Positions 27,000-37,527 are shown, counted from the first letter of the stretch. The stretch: 57,358 nucleotides of DNA from an uncultured Planctomycetia bacterium (GCA_964419995.1 CAYQRN010000001.1:1-57358); one strand, 5' to 3'. Notes: a model not told the origin generated them from the sequence alone. Numbers and translations are program-made.

Positions 27000-27191
27000 G
27001 GTGACGATTCCGGGACCCGGGAAGCCAACTCGCGTCCCGACGAAGAGTTGCGGCGGCGATCCGGGAGTCGGAAGCCGGGCGTGCCGCCGGGTCGCCGCTC
27101 GGGCGCGCGCGCGGAGCGGCGGTCCCGCGTCCCGCCGGACGCATGGGCGCCACCGCCGTGCGGTGTATCCTCGGGCTCACGGATCATCCCC

Positions 27192-28526
27192 ATGGACGCC
27201 CCCCGCTTCCCGCGCCGTCTGCTTCTCGGGGTCTCGGCAGCCGCCGGGATCGTCACGGCCGTCGTCTTCACGCTCCTCGTCCGGGAGCGGATCCACGAGG
27301 CCTGGAGCGCCGAGGAGGAGAACCGCCGGCAGTTCGTCGAGAGCCTCGCGGGCGTCGCGGAGCGCCGCGTCGTCGAGGCCCTGGGCCGGGCGCGCAGGCT
27401 CGAGATCGTGGTGCCAGGCGGCCTCGGATCAGGGTTCACCGCCGAGGTCGAGGCCATCCTCAAGGACTTTCCGAGCCTCCTGCGCATCGTGGTCCGGGAC
27501 GGCCGGAACGGCGTTGCTGCGGCTGTCGGGGAGCCGCCGGCGGGGGCGGGGGCGGCCGCGGCCGCGGCGCGGCCGGGGCGGACGGTGGTCCGGGGTTCCG
27601 GCGGCCGGGACCGTTTCATCATCGCGTCGGCGCTTCCGCCCGACGCGCCCGGCGCGGCGGCAGGGATCCTCGAGCTCCACATCGGCGTGTCCTCCTCCGG
27701 GCCGCGTTTCGAGAGGCTCCTCGACTTCACGCTTTTCGGCGTGGCCGTCTTCGTGGCCATCCTCTATGTTCTCGCGGGTCTCGCAGTGACGTCGGCGCGG
27801 CGGCAGGCGATCCTGGCCGAGCGGACGCGGGAGCGGGAGAGCCGCATCCGCGCCTTCGGGACCGTGGCGGCGGGCATCGCCCACGACGTCCGGAACCCCG
27901 TCAACGCTGCGTCTCTCATGGTCCAGTATCTCGAAAGGCTGGCGGAGCGGCCGGACGCGCGCGTGCAGCCCTCGGATCTCGCGCGGATCCAGGCCGAGCT
28001 CCTGCGCGTCCGCCGTGTCATCGATGACTTCGTGAACTTCGCGACCCTCCGCGAGGTCGAGGTCGAGGAGTTCGAGCTCGGCGCCCTCGCGGCGTCCGTC
28101 GTGGCCGCCCATGGGGCGGAGATCGCGGCGTCGGGGGCGGTGGTCGCCGAAAGCGTCACCGGCGATACCTGGCTGGCGGCGGACCATGCCCGCATCCGCG
28201 GCGTGGTCCGCGACGTCTTCATGGCGGCCGTGCGGGCGGCGGGGGAGCGGCGCGGGGGCCGCATCTCGGTCACGGTGGAGGGGGAGCGATCCCGCGTCCG
28301 GCTCGAGGTGACGGATGATGCGCGGGAGATCGACGCCCGCCGCCTCCGCACGCTCTTCGACCCCGGATCCGGGGCCGCCGATGCGGGTCTGGCGCTGGCC
28401 ATGACGCTCCACCGGACCGTCGTCGAGGCCCACGGGGGGACCTTCGAGGTCGAGGCGCCGCAGGGGCGGGGATGCCGGGTGCGCATGGTCCTTCCGCGCC
28501 GCGTCTCGCGCGTCGTGCGCGACTGA
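27192..28526 (+). CDS. Sensor histidine kinase (two TM segments, HisKA + HATPase_c)
   Basis: I trimmed listed ORF 26946..28526 to the ATG at 27192 (MDAPRFPRRLLLGVSAAAGIVTAVVF). The second TM segment is FTLFGVAVFVAILYVLAGLAV. The H-box is FGTVAAGIAHDVRNPVN. The ATPase G-box region is DPGSGAADAGLALAM. Confidence 0.85.
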   Translation: MDAPRFPRRLLLGVSAAAGIVTAVVFTLLVRERIHEAWSAEEENRRQFVESLAGVAERRVVEALGRARRLEIVVPGGLGSGFTAEVEAILKDFPSLLRIVVRDGRNGVAAAVGEPPAGAGAAAAAARPGRTVVRGSGGRDRFIIASALPPDAPGAAAGILELHIGVSSSGPRFERLLDFTLFGVAVFVAILYVLAGLAVTSARRQAILAERTRERESRIRAFGTVAAGIAHDVRNPVNAASLMVQYLERLAERPDARVQPSDLARIQAELLRVRRVIDDFVNFATLREVEVEEFELGALAASVVAAHGAEIAASGAVVAESVTGDTWLAADHARIRGVVRDVFMAAVRAAGERRGGRISVTVEGERSRVRLEVTDDAREIDARRLRTLFDPGSGAADAGLALAMTLHRTVVEAHGGTFEVEAPQGRGCRVRMVLPRRVSRVVRD

Positions 28527-28602
28527 GGCGGCCGCCCCCCGGCGCCGTCCCCGGCCGCCCGCTCCGGACCGGTCGGCGGACGGTTATCATCCCGGCGAGA
28601 CC

Positions 28603-30033
28603 ATGAGCGGATCCCCGACCATCCTCGTCGTGGATGACGAACGCGTCCAGGCCGAGACGCTGCGCAACGTCCTCGCCCTCGAGGGATTCGCGGTGACGGT
28701 CGCGACGTCCGTGGAAGATGCCAGGACGTCCGCCCGGTCCCGGGCCTTCGATCTCGTCATCTCCGATCTCAGGATGCCCGGGGGCACGGGCCTCGATCTC
28801 TACAGGGCCCTCTCGGCGGACCGGCCGGATCTCCTCTTCTTCCTTCTCACGGCCTACGGCTCGATCGACGACGCTGTCGCCGCCTTCAAGGCCGGCGTCT
28901 CGGACTTCCTCACGAAGCCCGTGGACACGTCGGAGCTCATCATCCGCATCCGCAAGGCGCTCCGCCTCCGGCATCTCGAGTCGGAGAACCGGGATCTCCG
29001 CAGGACCCTCGAGACCCTGCGGGAGCCCGTGGAGATCGTGGGCGGGTCGTCGGGCATCAGGAAGATCCTCGACTCCCTCGATCGGATCTCCGCCAGCACG
29101 GCGACCGTCCTCATCGAAGGCGAGAGCGGGACGGGCAAGGAACTTGTGGCCCGGGCCATCCACGAGCGCAGCCCGAGGGCCGGCGGCCCCTACGTCAAGG
29201 TCAACTGCGCGGCGATCCCCGAGAACCTCCTCGAAGACGAGCTCTTCGGGCACGAGAAGGGAGCGTTCACCGGCGCCATCGCCGCCCGCCGCGGCCGCTT
29301 CGAGCTCGCGCACCGCGGCTCCATCTTCCTCGACGAGATCGGCGACATGCCGCTCCATCTGCAGACCAAGCTCACCCGGGTCCTCCAGGAGCGGGAGTTC
29401 GAGAGGATCGGCGGCTCGGAGACCGTGCGCGTGGACGTCCGGGTCATCGCGGCGACCCACCGCAACCTCGCGGAGATGGCGGGCCGCGGGGAGTTCCGCG
29501 AGGACCTCTTCTACCGCCTCAACGTCATCCCCATCGTCATCCCGCCGCTCCGGGACCGCGCCGAGGACATCCCCGACCTCGCAGCCCACTTCCTCGCGCG
29601 GTTCGCGGAGAGCCACGGCAGGAGCCTCGCGGGGTTCACGGATGTCGCGCTCCGCACGCTCCGGGCGCACGCCTGGCCGGGCAACGTCCGTGAGCTCCAG
29701 AACTGCATTGAGCGGGCCGTGGTCATGGCGCGGGGAGACGTCGTCGGGGCCGACGACATCATGATCCCGGCCGCTCCGGGACACCGTGGCGCCGGAGGGC
29801 CCGAGTGGATCGACCGCCTCGTCGCCGCGGGGATGACCCTCGACGGCCTCGAGCGGGAGCTCATCCTCGCCGCGCTCGACCGGACCGGCCGGAATCTCTC
29901 CCAGGCGGCGCGGCTCCTCGGGCTCACGCGGCGAACGCTCCAGTACCGTCTCGACAAGATCCGGGCGGGGGGGGGCCAGCGTGAGGGATCGCCCGGAGCC
30001 GGGGGGAAGGGAGACGAGGATCCGCTCCCGTGA
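28603..30033 (+). CDS. Sigma-54-dependent response regulator (NtrC family)
   Basis: The receiver domain has ILVVDDE and DLVISDLRMPG. The AAA+ core has GESGTGKELVARAIH, GAFTGA and EFREDLFYRL. The HTH is AARLLGLTRRTLQYRL. Confidence 0.9.
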   Translation: MSGSPTILVVDDERVQAETLRNVLALEGFAVTVATSVEDARTSARSRAFDLVISDLRMPGGTGLDLYRALSADRPDLLFFLLTAYGSIDDAVAAFKAGVSDFLTKPVDTSELIIRIRKALRLRHLESENRDLRRTLETLREPVEIVGGSSGIRKILDSLDRISASTATVLIEGESGTGKELVARAIHERSPRAGGPYVKVNCAAIPENLLEDELFGHEKGAFTGAIAARRGRFELAHRGSIFLDEIGDMPLHLQTKLTRVLQEREFERIGGSETVRVDVRVIAATHRNLAEMAGRGEFREDLFYRLNVIPIVIPPLRDRAEDIPDLAAHFLARFAESHGRSLAGFTDVALRTLRAHAWPGNVRELQNCIERAVVMARGDVVGADDIMIPAAPGHRGAGGPEWIDRLVAAGMTLDGLERELILAALDRTGRNLSQAARLLGLTRRTLQYRLDKIRAGGGQREGSPGAGGKGDEDPLP

Positions 30034-30082
30034 GCCCGTGTCGCGCATCGGGAGCGGCGGCGCCGCGTTGAGGGACTGTTCC

Positions 30083-30295
30083 GTGGCCGCACCGCTCCGG
30101 ATAGTGTTGAACGGCGAGCCCCGCGAGCTCGAGGGGCCGCTCACCGTCCTGGCGCTCCTCGAGGCGCTGGCCGTCCCCGTCGAGGGCGCGGCCGTGGAGA
30201 TCAACCGGTCGCTGGTGCCGCGCGCCGCGCTCCCGTCCCGGCTCCTCGAGGACGGCGACCGGGTCGAGGTCGTGACGTTCGTCGGTGGAGGATAG
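30083..30295 (+). CDS. thiS: Sulfur-carrier protein ThiS
   Basis: It ends in the diagnostic GG (VVTFVGGG*). The motif is LNGEPRELEGPLTVLALLEAL...AVEINRSLVPR. The start could be the GTG at 30083 or the GTG at 30104. The upstream part of listed ORF 29981.. overlaps the regulator gene. Confidence 0.75.
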   Translation: MAAPLRIVLNGEPRELEGPLTVLALLEALAVPVEGAAVEINRSLVPRAALPSRLLEDGDRVEVVTFVGGG

Positions 30296-30298
30296 ACG

Positions 30299-31135
30299 TT
30301 GGACGCTGCGGAGGCTCCGGCAGACGATCTCCTGACGCTCGGGGACAGGACGTTCCGATCGCGCCTGATCCTCGGCACCGGGAAGTACCGCTCGCTCGAC
30401 GAGATGGCTCTCTGTCACGCGGCGGCGGAGACCGAGATGGTCACGGTGGCTGTCCGCAGGGTGGATCTCGCCGACCGGAGCGCCGGATCCCTGCTCGCCC
30501 GGATCGACCGGTCCCGCGTGGCGCTCCTGCCCAACACGGCCGGCTGCTTCACGGCGGACGATGCTCTGCGCACGGCGCGGCTCGGCCGGGAGGCCGGTCT
30601 CACGGAGTGGGTGAAGCTCGAGGTCCTCGGCGATCCCCGCACGCTTCTCCCCGACCCCGTCGAGACGCTCCGCGCGGCGGAGATCCTCGTCCGGGAGGGC
30701 TTCCGGGTCCTGGCCTACACGTCCGACGATCCCATCATCGCCCGGAAGCTCGAGGACGCGGGCGTCACGAGCGTCATGCCGGCGGGATCGCCCATCGGCT
30801 CGGGCCAGGGGATCCTCAATCCCTGCGCCCTGCGCATCCTCCTCGAGTCCGTTTCGGTGCCCGTCATCGTGGATGCGGGCATGGGCACCGCGTCGGACGT
30901 CGCTGTAGCCTTCGAGCTCGGCGCGGACGGCGTCCTCATGAACACCGGGATCGCCGGGGCGCAGAACCCCGTGCTCATGGCTTGCGCCATGCGGGACGCC
31001 GCCCGGGCGGGGCGCGCCGCCTTCCGCGCGGGCCGCATTCCGCGGAAGCTCTACGGCAGCGCGAGCTCCCCCCTGCACGGACTCATCGAGCAGGCATCCC
31101 GACCCGGATCCTCCGGGGCGGAACGCGGCGCCTGA
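30299..31135 (+). CDS. thiG: Thiazole synthase ThiG
   Basis: Motifs are [55 protein letters not shown] and [10 protein letters not shown]. Confidence 0.9.
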   Translation: MDAAEAPADDLLTLGDRTFRSRLILGTGKYRSLDEMALCHAAAETEMVTVAVRRVDLADRSAGSLLARIDRSRVALLPNTAGCFTADDALRTARLGREAGLTEWVKLEVLGDPRTLLPDPVETLRAAEILVREGFRVLAYTSDDPIIARKLEDAGVTSVMPAGSPIGSGQGILNPCALRILLESVSVPVIVDAGMGTASDVAVAFELGADGVLMNTGIAGAQNPVLMACAMRDAARAGRAAFRAGRIPRKLYGSASSPLHGLIEQASRPGSSGAERGA

Positions 31136-31176
31136 CGCGATGGGCACGTCCGTCGACTCCGCCGGGAAACGCTGAC

Positions 31177-31971
31177 GTGGTGTGGCTCGACGGCGTCGCG
31201 GACCTGGTTCCTCCGGTGATCGTGCTGGCGGTCTGGGGCTGGCTTCTTCTCGTCCGCCTCGCCGTCCGGCAGGTCCTGCGCCGGCCCGGAACCGCGAACC
31301 AGGGACCGGTCCCGCCCTGGCGGCTCGCCCTCGCCGCTGCCGTGCCTCTGCCCTTGTCCATGGCGGCGGGCGTCGCGGCAACGCTGCTCGTGGCGGATCC
31401 CGTCCACGGGCAGATTGCGGCGCGGGCGTCGTCCCTCCTCGCCGTCCTCGTCGTTCTCCGGCTGCTCCGGAGCGGGGAGGCGCTTCCCGCCGAGGGCGGG
31501 CTGCGCCGCGACGGAGTCGCCGGTGCCGTGCTCCGGGGCCTGCTTCTCTGGGTCGCCGCCCTGCCGGTCGTGCTCCTCGCCGGCCAGGTCGCGGAGGCCG
31601 TCTTGAGGCCCGAGGACGGCGGGGATCCGCAGCAGGGCATGAAGTCGCTGATCCTCGCGGCCGGACCCGGTGCGCGCGTCGGCCTCTTCCTCGCGTTCGT
31701 CCTCCTCACGCCCCTCACGGAGGAGATCATCTTCCGGGGCCTCCTTCAGCGCGCCCTCCGTGTCCGCGTCGGGCCCGGAACGGCCATCCTCGGCACGGCC
31801 CTCGTGTTCACGGCCGTCCACCCTCCGGGGACCTGGCCCGCCGTGGCCATCCTCGCCGTCGTCCTGTCCGTCGTCATGGACCGGACCGGGCGACTCGTCG
31901 CGCCCATCGCCGTCCACATGGTCCAGAATCTCCTGGCCTTCCTCCATGTCCTCTCGGAGGGGAGGCGATGA
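31177..31971 (+). CDS. CPBP-family (CAAX/Abi) intramembrane glutamic protease
   Basis: I trimmed listed ORF 30607..31971 to the GTG at 31177. It has multiple TM segments. The family motifs are TPLTEEIIFRGLLQ, FTAVH and APIAVHMVQN. Confidence 0.7.
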   Translation: MVWLDGVADLVPPVIVLAVWGWLLLVRLAVRQVLRRPGTANQGPVPPWRLALAAAVPLPLSMAAGVAATLLVADPVHGQIAARASSLLAVLVVLRLLRSGEALPAEGGLRRDGVAGAVLRGLLLWVAALPVVLLAGQVAEAVLRPEDGGDPQQGMKSLILAAGPGARVGLFLAFVLLTPLTEEIIFRGLLQRALRVRVGPGTAILGTALVFTAVHPPGTWPAVAILAVVLSVVMDRTGRLVAPIAVHMVQNLLAFLHVLSEGRR

Positions 31972-32465
31972 CCCGGATCCCGGCGCTCCTCCGTGCGGGC
32001 CACGCCATCGTGGCGGACAACGCCACGATCGCGGGCGACGTGACGCTCGGCAAGGACGTCTCCATCTGGTACGGCACCGTCGTGCGAGGCGACGTCGCAC
32101 CGATTCGCATCGGCGACCGGACCAACGTGCAGGATCTCGTCATGGTCCACCCCGAGCACGACGAGGACGTCGTCCTCGGCGCGGAGATCACGGTGGGACA
32201 CGCGGCCGTCGTGCACGGCCGCGAGGTGGGCGACGGCTGCCTCCTCGGGATCCGGTCGGTTCTGCTCCGCGGCTCCCGCGTGGGCCGGGAGTGCATCATC
32301 GGCGCGTGCGCCCTGGTCCCGGAGGGCCGGATCATCCCACCCCGGTCGGTGGTCGTCGGTGTCCCCGGCCGCGTCGTCCGCCAGGTGACCGATGACGAGG
32401 CGCTCGAGATCCGCCGGAGCGCGTCGCGGTACGTCCAGTACGCCCTCGCCCACGTCAGAGCCTGA
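31968..32465 (+). CDS. Gamma-carbonic-anhydrase-like left-handed beta-helix (hexapeptide) protein
   Basis: The start forms an ATGA overlap with the preceding stop. Motifs are ATIAGDVTLGKDVSIWYGTVVRGDVAPIRIGDRTNVQD, GHAAVVHG and VVGVPGRVVRQ. Confidence 0.8.
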   Translation: MTRIPALLRAGHAIVADNATIAGDVTLGKDVSIWYGTVVRGDVAPIRIGDRTNVQDLVMVHPEHDEDVVLGAEITVGHAAVVHGREVGDGCLLGIRSVLLRGSRVGRECIIGACALVPEGRIIPPRSVVVGVPGRVVRQVTDDEALEIRRSASRYVQYALAHVRA

Positions 32466-32491
32466 CGGGCAGCGGAACGCGAGAGGACCGT

Positions 32492-33505
32492 TCAGCCGAG
32501 AAGGACTCCGGCCCCGCGGCGTGCGGCCTCCATGACGGCCGCCATGTCGCCGGGAAGGGGCGCCGTGACCGTCATCCTTGCCCGCGTCGAGGGGTGGTAG
32601 AAGGAGAGGCGCTCGGCGTGCAGAGCCTGGCGTCCGAGGATGACGCGGTCCGGCCCGGGATCGGAGGGGTCGAGTTCGCCGGCGCGGACGGGATCCCCCC
32701 GGCCATAGATGTCGTCGGCGAGGACGGGATGGCCGAGATGCTCGAGATGGGCGCGGATCTGATGCTGGCGCCCCGTCTTCGGGAAGAGCCGGAGGAGAGC
32801 GAAGGAGCGGAATCGTTCCTCGACGCGCCAGGCGGTCCGGGACGGGAGGCCGTCCTTCACGGCGGCCATCTTGAGCCGGATCCGCGAATGCGGGTCGTGG
32901 CCGAGGGGGGCGTCGATCTCGCCGCCCTCGGCGGCCGGGTTGCCGGCCACGAGCGCCACGTACTCCTTCTCGACGCGGTGATGCTCGAACTGCCACTGGA
33001 GGAATGCGCGGGCCCCCCGGGACTTGGTCACGAGGAGGACGCCCGTCGTGTCGCGGTCGAGACGATGCGCGAGACGGGGCACCACGTCCTCGTCCGGATC
33101 GCCGGTCCTGCGGTAGCGGTGGTGGAGCGCATTCACGAGGGTGTCGTAGACGTGCCGGCCGACGGGGTGGCAGAGGAGGCCGGCGTCCTTGTCGATGACG
33201 AGGATGTCGTCGTCCTCGTGGAGGATGCGGAGCCCGATCTCCGAGGGGAGCCGGACCACGTTGCTCGGCGGGTCCACGACGAGGCGGATTCGGTCGCCGC
33301 TGCGAACCTGCGTGCTCTTCCGGGCGGAGGCGCCGTTCAGGAGGATGAGGCCGTCCCGGAGCCGCTCCACGATGTTCGTCCGGGAGCGCCAGAACACGCG
33401 CGCCCGGAGGAACCGGTCGAGGCGCTGGCCGGCGTCCTCGGGACGGACCAGGACCTCGAACTCCGTGAGGAACGTGCTGAGATCGCGGAACTCTCGCTTC
33501 GCCAT
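32492..33505 (-). CDS. rluD: RluA-family pseudouridine synthase with an S4-like N-terminus (RluD-like)
   Basis: Motifs are RLDRFL...NGASARKSTQVRSGDRI, ILHEDDDILVIDKDAGLLCHP and HRLDRDTTGVLLVTK. Confidence 0.8.
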   Translation of the reverse strand: MAKREFRDLSTFLTEFEVLVRPEDAGQRLDRFLRARVFWRSRTNIVERLRDGLILLNGASARKSTQVRSGDRIRLVVDPPSNVVRLPSEIGLRILHEDDDILVIDKDAGLLCHPVGRHVYDTLVNALHHRYRRTGDPDEDVVPRLAHRLDRDTTGVLLVTKSRGARAFLQWQFEHHRVEKEYVALVAGNPAAEGGEIDAPLGHDPHSRIRLKMAAVKDGLPSRTAWRVEERFRSFALLRLFPKTGRQHQIRAHLEHLGHPVLADDIYGRGDPVRAGELDPSDPGPDRVILGRQALHAERLSFYHPSTRARMTVTAPLPGDMAAVMEAARRGAGVLLG

Positions 33506-33534
33506 GGTGCGGCCGGGACGCGTTGTCGTAGGCT

Positions 33535-34371
33535 ATGATCGCCGCCGGAGGCCCGCAAGCCGCCGGCGTCCGTTCCGAGGGTGTTGCGATGCCGCCGGAC
33601 CGACTGACCCGCGCCGCCTTCCGGCGGCTCCTCGATCTGGGCCGCGCCGCATCGCGCCGCGGGACAGGACTCCTCCTCGTCGATGGCCCGCATCTCGTCG
33701 AGGAGGCCCTGGCCGCCGGGCGGCTCCGCGAGGTCGTCCGCACGGACGCCTTCGCCGCGGAGGAGACCGGGGCGGCGCTCCTCGCGCGGATCCGCGCCGC
33801 CGGCCTCCGGGAGTTCTCCGTCCCGGAGGCGGAGATCCAGCGGATCGCGGGCGTGCGGACGTCCCCCGGCGTGGCGGGAGTCGCGGCCACCTTCGTGGCC
33901 TCCCTCGATCCCGTGCTCCGGAAGACGCCCTGCCGGGTGGTCCTTCTCGACGGCGTCAGCGATCCCGGGAACGCGGGATCCGTCCTCCGGACGGCTCTTG
34001 CCCTCGGCTTCGAGGCGGCGATCGTGGCGGCTGGGTCGGCGGATCCGACCTCCATGAAGGTCGTCCGCGCTTCCGCGGGCGCCGTGTTCCATCTCCCTGT
34101 GGAACAGGGCGGCGCGGCGGACGCGGAGACCCGCCGGCTCCGGGGCCTCGGCTTCCATGCCTTCGTGGGAGTCGTCCACGGCGGCGAGGACTACCGCGCC
34201 GTGGACTACGGCCGGCGCTTCGTGCTCGTCGTGGGGAACGAAGGTGCAGGGTCCGCCCTGGCCGCCGGAGACCTCGCGCGACCCGTCTCGATCCCCATGG
34301 CCCCGGGCACCGAGTCGCTGAACGTCGCCGCCGCGGCGGCGATCCTGCTCGCCCGCGCCGCCGCCGTCTGA
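33535..34371 (+). CDS. TrmH/SpoU-family RNA 2'-O-methyltransferase
   Basis: Motifs are LLDGVSDPGNAGSVLRTA, VVGNEGAGS and GTESLNVAAAAAILL. An alternative ATG lies at 33589. Confidence 0.85.
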   Translation: MIAAGGPQAAGVRSEGVAMPPDRLTRAAFRRLLDLGRAASRRGTGLLLVDGPHLVEEALAAGRLREVVRTDAFAAEETGAALLARIRAAGLREFSVPEAEIQRIAGVRTSPGVAGVAATFVASLDPVLRKTPCRVVLLDGVSDPGNAGSVLRTALALGFEAAIVAAGSADPTSMKVVRASAGAVFHLPVEQGGAADAETRRLRGLGFHAFVGVVHGGEDYRAVDYGRRFVLVVGNEGAGSALAAGDLARPVSIPMAPGTESLNVAAAAAILLARAAAV

Positions 34372-34383
34372 GGCGGCTCGGGC

Positions 34384-35670
34384 TCAGCGGTCCTTGCGGA
34401 GGAGGGGGAACGCCGGGAGGGGGAACCCCGCCGCCGCGATGCCGGCCAGCCGTTCCGCGAGAATCCCGTGACGGAGGAGTCGGATCGCGTGCTCGATCTT
34501 GAGGCAGATCCCGAGGGTCTCGGAGAAGATCCGCGTCGTGACTCCCACGACGCGGCCGTCGGCGCCGAAGAGCGGCCCGCCGCTGTTGCCGGGGATGATC
34601 GCCGCCGAGACGTGGATCGTCTCCTCGACCTTCCGGACGGTTCCGATGGAGGGCGACGTCTCGGCGATCCCCGACTCGAGGCCCGACTGGCCGCGGGGGA
34701 AGCCCAGCGCCATGACCGGGTCGAGCTTGCGGAGCCCGGGTCCGCCGTCGCCTTCCGCGCAGGGCAGCGGGTGGAAGGGGGCGCCTTCCGCCTTGAGGAT
34801 CGCCAGGTCGTTGTTGTCGAGATCGTGGAGGCGGACGCCCACGCGGCCGCCGGCGAACTCGACCGACCGGCGGCCCCAGCGGTCGGGAGCGAGGGCGAAG
34901 AGCCGGAGATCCTGCCGTTCGATGTTGTTGTAACCCGTGGAGAAGACGGGGTTCCGTTCCGCGTCGAGGGCGCGCTCGCCGGCGGGCCACGCCGCGAGGC
35001 GCACGCTCCACTCGTCCACCTCGATCTCGCCCAGCGCCGCGAGGGCCATGAGGTCGGAGTCGAACTTCCAGGGCTGAACGACGTGCTTGTTCGTGACGAT
35101 GTGTCCCTCCTCCGTCACGATGAAGCCCGAGCCCCAGCCGGTTGCGCGACGCGGAGGACCGCGCAGGCCCTCCTCGACGGGGTGGTAGGAGAATTCGCAG
35201 TAGATGAGGACGACGGAGCGATCGTGCCGCGCCTGGATGTCCTGGAACGTCTCCGCCGACGGGCGGGTCCGGCCGATCCGGCCGTCGAGCACGTCGAAGC
35301 GGCGGGAGACCAGTCCCACGACCTCGTCGTGCTCCGCGCGCTGCCGCTCGGAGAACTCCGCGGCGAGGCGCGCGGTCTCGATCTGCCCCGCGGCGAGGCG
35401 CTCCTCCGTCGCTCGCTCCATGCGGAGCGTCTTCGCCTCGAGGTCGGCGAGGCGCCGCACGGCGTCCGCCGCCCGCTCCCGCGCCGCGTCGAGGTCCCGG
35501 GCGAGGCCGTCGCGCAGAGCAGCCTCCCGCGCCTGGTGCGAGCGGAGGAGGTCGAGTCCCGTGATGCCGGCCGTGGCCGGAATGAGGAGAGCCGCGAGGA
35601 TCAGGGCGCCGGATCTCCGCGATGGGATCCGGAGGATCCGCCTGCGCTGCCCGTCCGTGTTGTCGCGCAT
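34384..35670 (-). CDS. Membrane-anchored trypsin-like (S1C-type) serine protease without a PDZ domain
   Basis: An N-terminal anchor (ALILAALLIPATAG) is followed by a roughly 120-aa Arg/Glu/Ala-rich helical segment. The catalytic triad contexts are VTNKHVV, NDLAILK and GNSGGPLF. Confidence 0.75.
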   Translation of the reverse strand: MRDNTDGQRRRILRIPSRRSGALILAALLIPATAGITGLDLLRSHQAREAALRDGLARDLDAARERAADAVRRLADLEAKTLRMERATEERLAAGQIETARLAAEFSERQRAEHDEVVGLVSRRFDVLDGRIGRTRPSAETFQDIQARHDRSVVLIYCEFSYHPVEEGLRGPPRRATGWGSGFIVTEEGHIVTNKHVVQPWKFDSDLMALAALGEIEVDEWSVRLAAWPAGERALDAERNPVFSTGYNNIERQDLRLFALAPDRWGRRSVEFAGGRVGVRLHDLDNNDLAILKAEGAPFHPLPCAEGDGGPGLRKLDPVMALGFPRGQSGLESGIAETSPSIGTVRKVEETIHVSAAIIPGNSGGPLFGADGRVVGVTTRIFSETLGICLKIEHAIRLLRHGILAERLAGIAAAGFPLPAFPLLRKDR

Positions 35671-35813
35671 GTCCCCCCCCGGGGCTCCGCCGGCACCGGC
35701 TCCGGTCCTCCCTGAGGACCCGTCCGCCCGGACTCCCGGCGGATTCCCTGAACGCCGCTTCTTCTATCGGGAAACCCGGGCAGGAACTGCAGCGGCGGCC
35801 GCCCCCCCCGGTC

Positions 35814-37460
35814 TCAGAACGTCCGGATCCCGGCCCGGCGCGCGAAGTCGAGGGCCTCGGGGTAGCCCGCGTCGGCGTGGCGGACGACGCCGAGTCCGGG
35901 GTCCGTCGTGAGCACGCGCTCGATGCGCCGGGCCGCCGCGGGCGTGCCGTCGGCGACGATGACCTGTCCCGCGTGGATGGAGTTCCCGATGCCCACGCCG
36001 CCGCCGTGATGGATGGACACCCATGTGGCCCCGGCGGCCGTGTTGAGGAGGGCGTTGAGGAGCGGCCAGTCGGCGATGGCATCCGACCCGTCGCGCATGC
36101 CCTCGGTCTCCCGGTTCGGGCTCGCGACGGAGCCGCAGTCGAGATGATCGCGTCCGATGACGATGGGGGCGCTGAGCTCCCCGCGCGCCACCATCTCGTT
36201 GAGCCGGAGTCCGAACCGCGCGCGTTCGCCGTAGCCGAGCCAGCAGATCCGCGCGGGAAGACCCTGGAAGGCGATACGTTCCGCGGCGAGGCGGATCCAG
36301 CGGCCGAGGATCTCGTCCGACGCGAACTCCGAGAGGATGACCTCGTCCGTCCGCCGGATGTCCCGCGGGTCGCCGGAGAGGGCGACCCAGCGGAACGGTC
36401 CCCGTCCCTCGCAGAAGAGCGGTCTCACGTACTCCGGCACGAATCCCGGAATGCGGAAGGCGTCGGCGATTCCGGCCTCTCGCGCCCGGCCGCGGAGGTT
36501 GTTGCCGTAGTCGAAGACCACGGACCCGCGCCGCTGCAGCTCGAGAAGCAGTTCCACGTGGCGGCCCATGGACTCGATGGCGAGGCGGACATGCCGGTCG
36601 GGATCCTCCGTCCTGAGCCGGAGCGCGGCCTCGCGGTCCAGATCCTCCGGGAAGTAGCCGTGGAGCGGATCGTGCGCCGACGTCTGGTCCGTGACGAGAT
36701 CGGGGACCACGCCCCGTGCGAGAAGCCTCCGGAGAAGCGTGATGACGTTCCCCGTCCAGGCGATGGACCGGGCCTCCCGGGCGTCGCGGAGGGCGAGCGC
36801 CCTGTCGATGGCCCGGTCGAGGTCGGTTTCCGCGAGGTCGACGTAGCGGGTCGAGAGCCGCCGCTCCGTGCGATGAGGGTCCATCTCGGCCCCGAGGAAG
36901 GCGGCTCCGGCGAGGGTCGCCGCCAGGGGCTGGGCGCCGCCCATGCCCCCGAGGCCGCCCGAGACCACGAGCCGGCCCTGAAGGGAGCCTCCGAAGTGCG
37001 CGCGGCCGGCGGCGGCGAACGTCTCGAAGGTCCCCTGGACGATGCCCTGGCTGCCGATGTAGATCCACGAGCCAGCGGTCATCTGGCCGAACATCGTGAG
37101 GCCGAGGGCTTCGAGACGGCGGAACTCGTCGAAGGTCGCGTGGCTTGGAACGAGGTTGGCGTTGGCGATGAGGACCCGCGGCGCATCCGCGTGCGTCCGG
37201 AAGACGCCGACGGGCTTGCCGGACTGGACGAGGAGCGTCTCGTCGTCTCCGAGGACGCGGAGGGCGGCGAGGATGGCGTCGAAGGCCTCCCAGGATCGGG
37301 CGGCCCGCCCGTTCCCTCCGTAGACGATGAGGCGGTCGGGATCCTCGGCCACGTCAGGGTCGAGGTTGTTCTGGATCATCCGGAACGGGGCCTCGGTCTG
37401 CCAGGACCGGCACGTGAGGGTCGTGCCCCGCGGAGCGCGGACGATGCGGCGCGTGTTCAT
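35814..37460 (-). CDS. hutU: Urocanate hydratase
   Basis: Motifs are [41 protein letters not shown] and [15 protein letters not shown]. An AGGAG RBS lies 10 nt upstream. Confidence 0.95.
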   Translation of the reverse strand: MNTRRIVRAPRGTTLTCRSWQTEAPFRMIQNNLDPDVAEDPDRLIVYGGNGRAARSWEAFDAILAALRVLGDDETLLVQSGKPVGVFRTHADAPRVLIANANLVPSHATFDEFRRLEALGLTMFGQMTAGSWIYIGSQGIVQGTFETFAAAGRAHFGGSLQGRLVVSGGLGGMGGAQPLAATLAGAAFLGAEMDPHRTERRLSTRYVDLAETDLDRAIDRALALRDAREARSIAWTGNVITLLRRLLARGVVPDLVTDQTSAHDPLHGYFPEDLDREAALRLRTEDPDRHVRLAIESMGRHVELLLELQRRGSVVFDYGNNLRGRAREAGIADAFRIPGFVPEYVRPLFCEGRGPFRWVALSGDPRDIRRTDEVILSEFASDEILGRWIRLAAERIAFQGLPARICWLGYGERARFGLRLNEMVARGELSAPIVIGRDHLDCGSVASPNRETEGMRDGSDAIADWPLLNALLNTAAGATWVSIHHGGGVGIGNSIHAGQVIVADGTPAAARRIERVLTTDPGLGVVRHADAGYPEALDFARRAGIRTF

Positions 37461-37527
37461 GGGGGAGGGTCTCCTCGGCCGGAGATCATTCTAAGACGCG
37501 GGTCCGGGAAGGCAGCGTCCGCGTCGG

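Noticed and set aside
26919-27191. A possible tRNA, SRP RNA or small RNA gene in the 359-bp nusA/histidine-kinase intergenic region. In E. coli a tRNA-Met precedes this operon.
   Set aside because: I could find no T-loop (GGTTCGAAT-type) or anticodon-arm arrangement on either strand. There is no SRP domain IV motif (GGAAGGAAGCAGC context) and no RNase P P4 motif. Local hairpins exist, for example ggaatc..gattcc at 26992-27011, but they are adequately explained as leader or promoter-region structure. An Infernal scan would settle it.
29961-30083. A faint THI-box-like string (GGGGGGGGCCAGCGUGAGGGAUCGCCC...GGAAGGGAGA) just upstream of thiS.
   Set aside because: It lacks the invariant CUGAGA and the ACCUGAUCUGGAUAAUGCCAGCG core. 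It lies mostly inside the coding sequence of the NtrC-type regulator. G-rich strings of this kind are common here.
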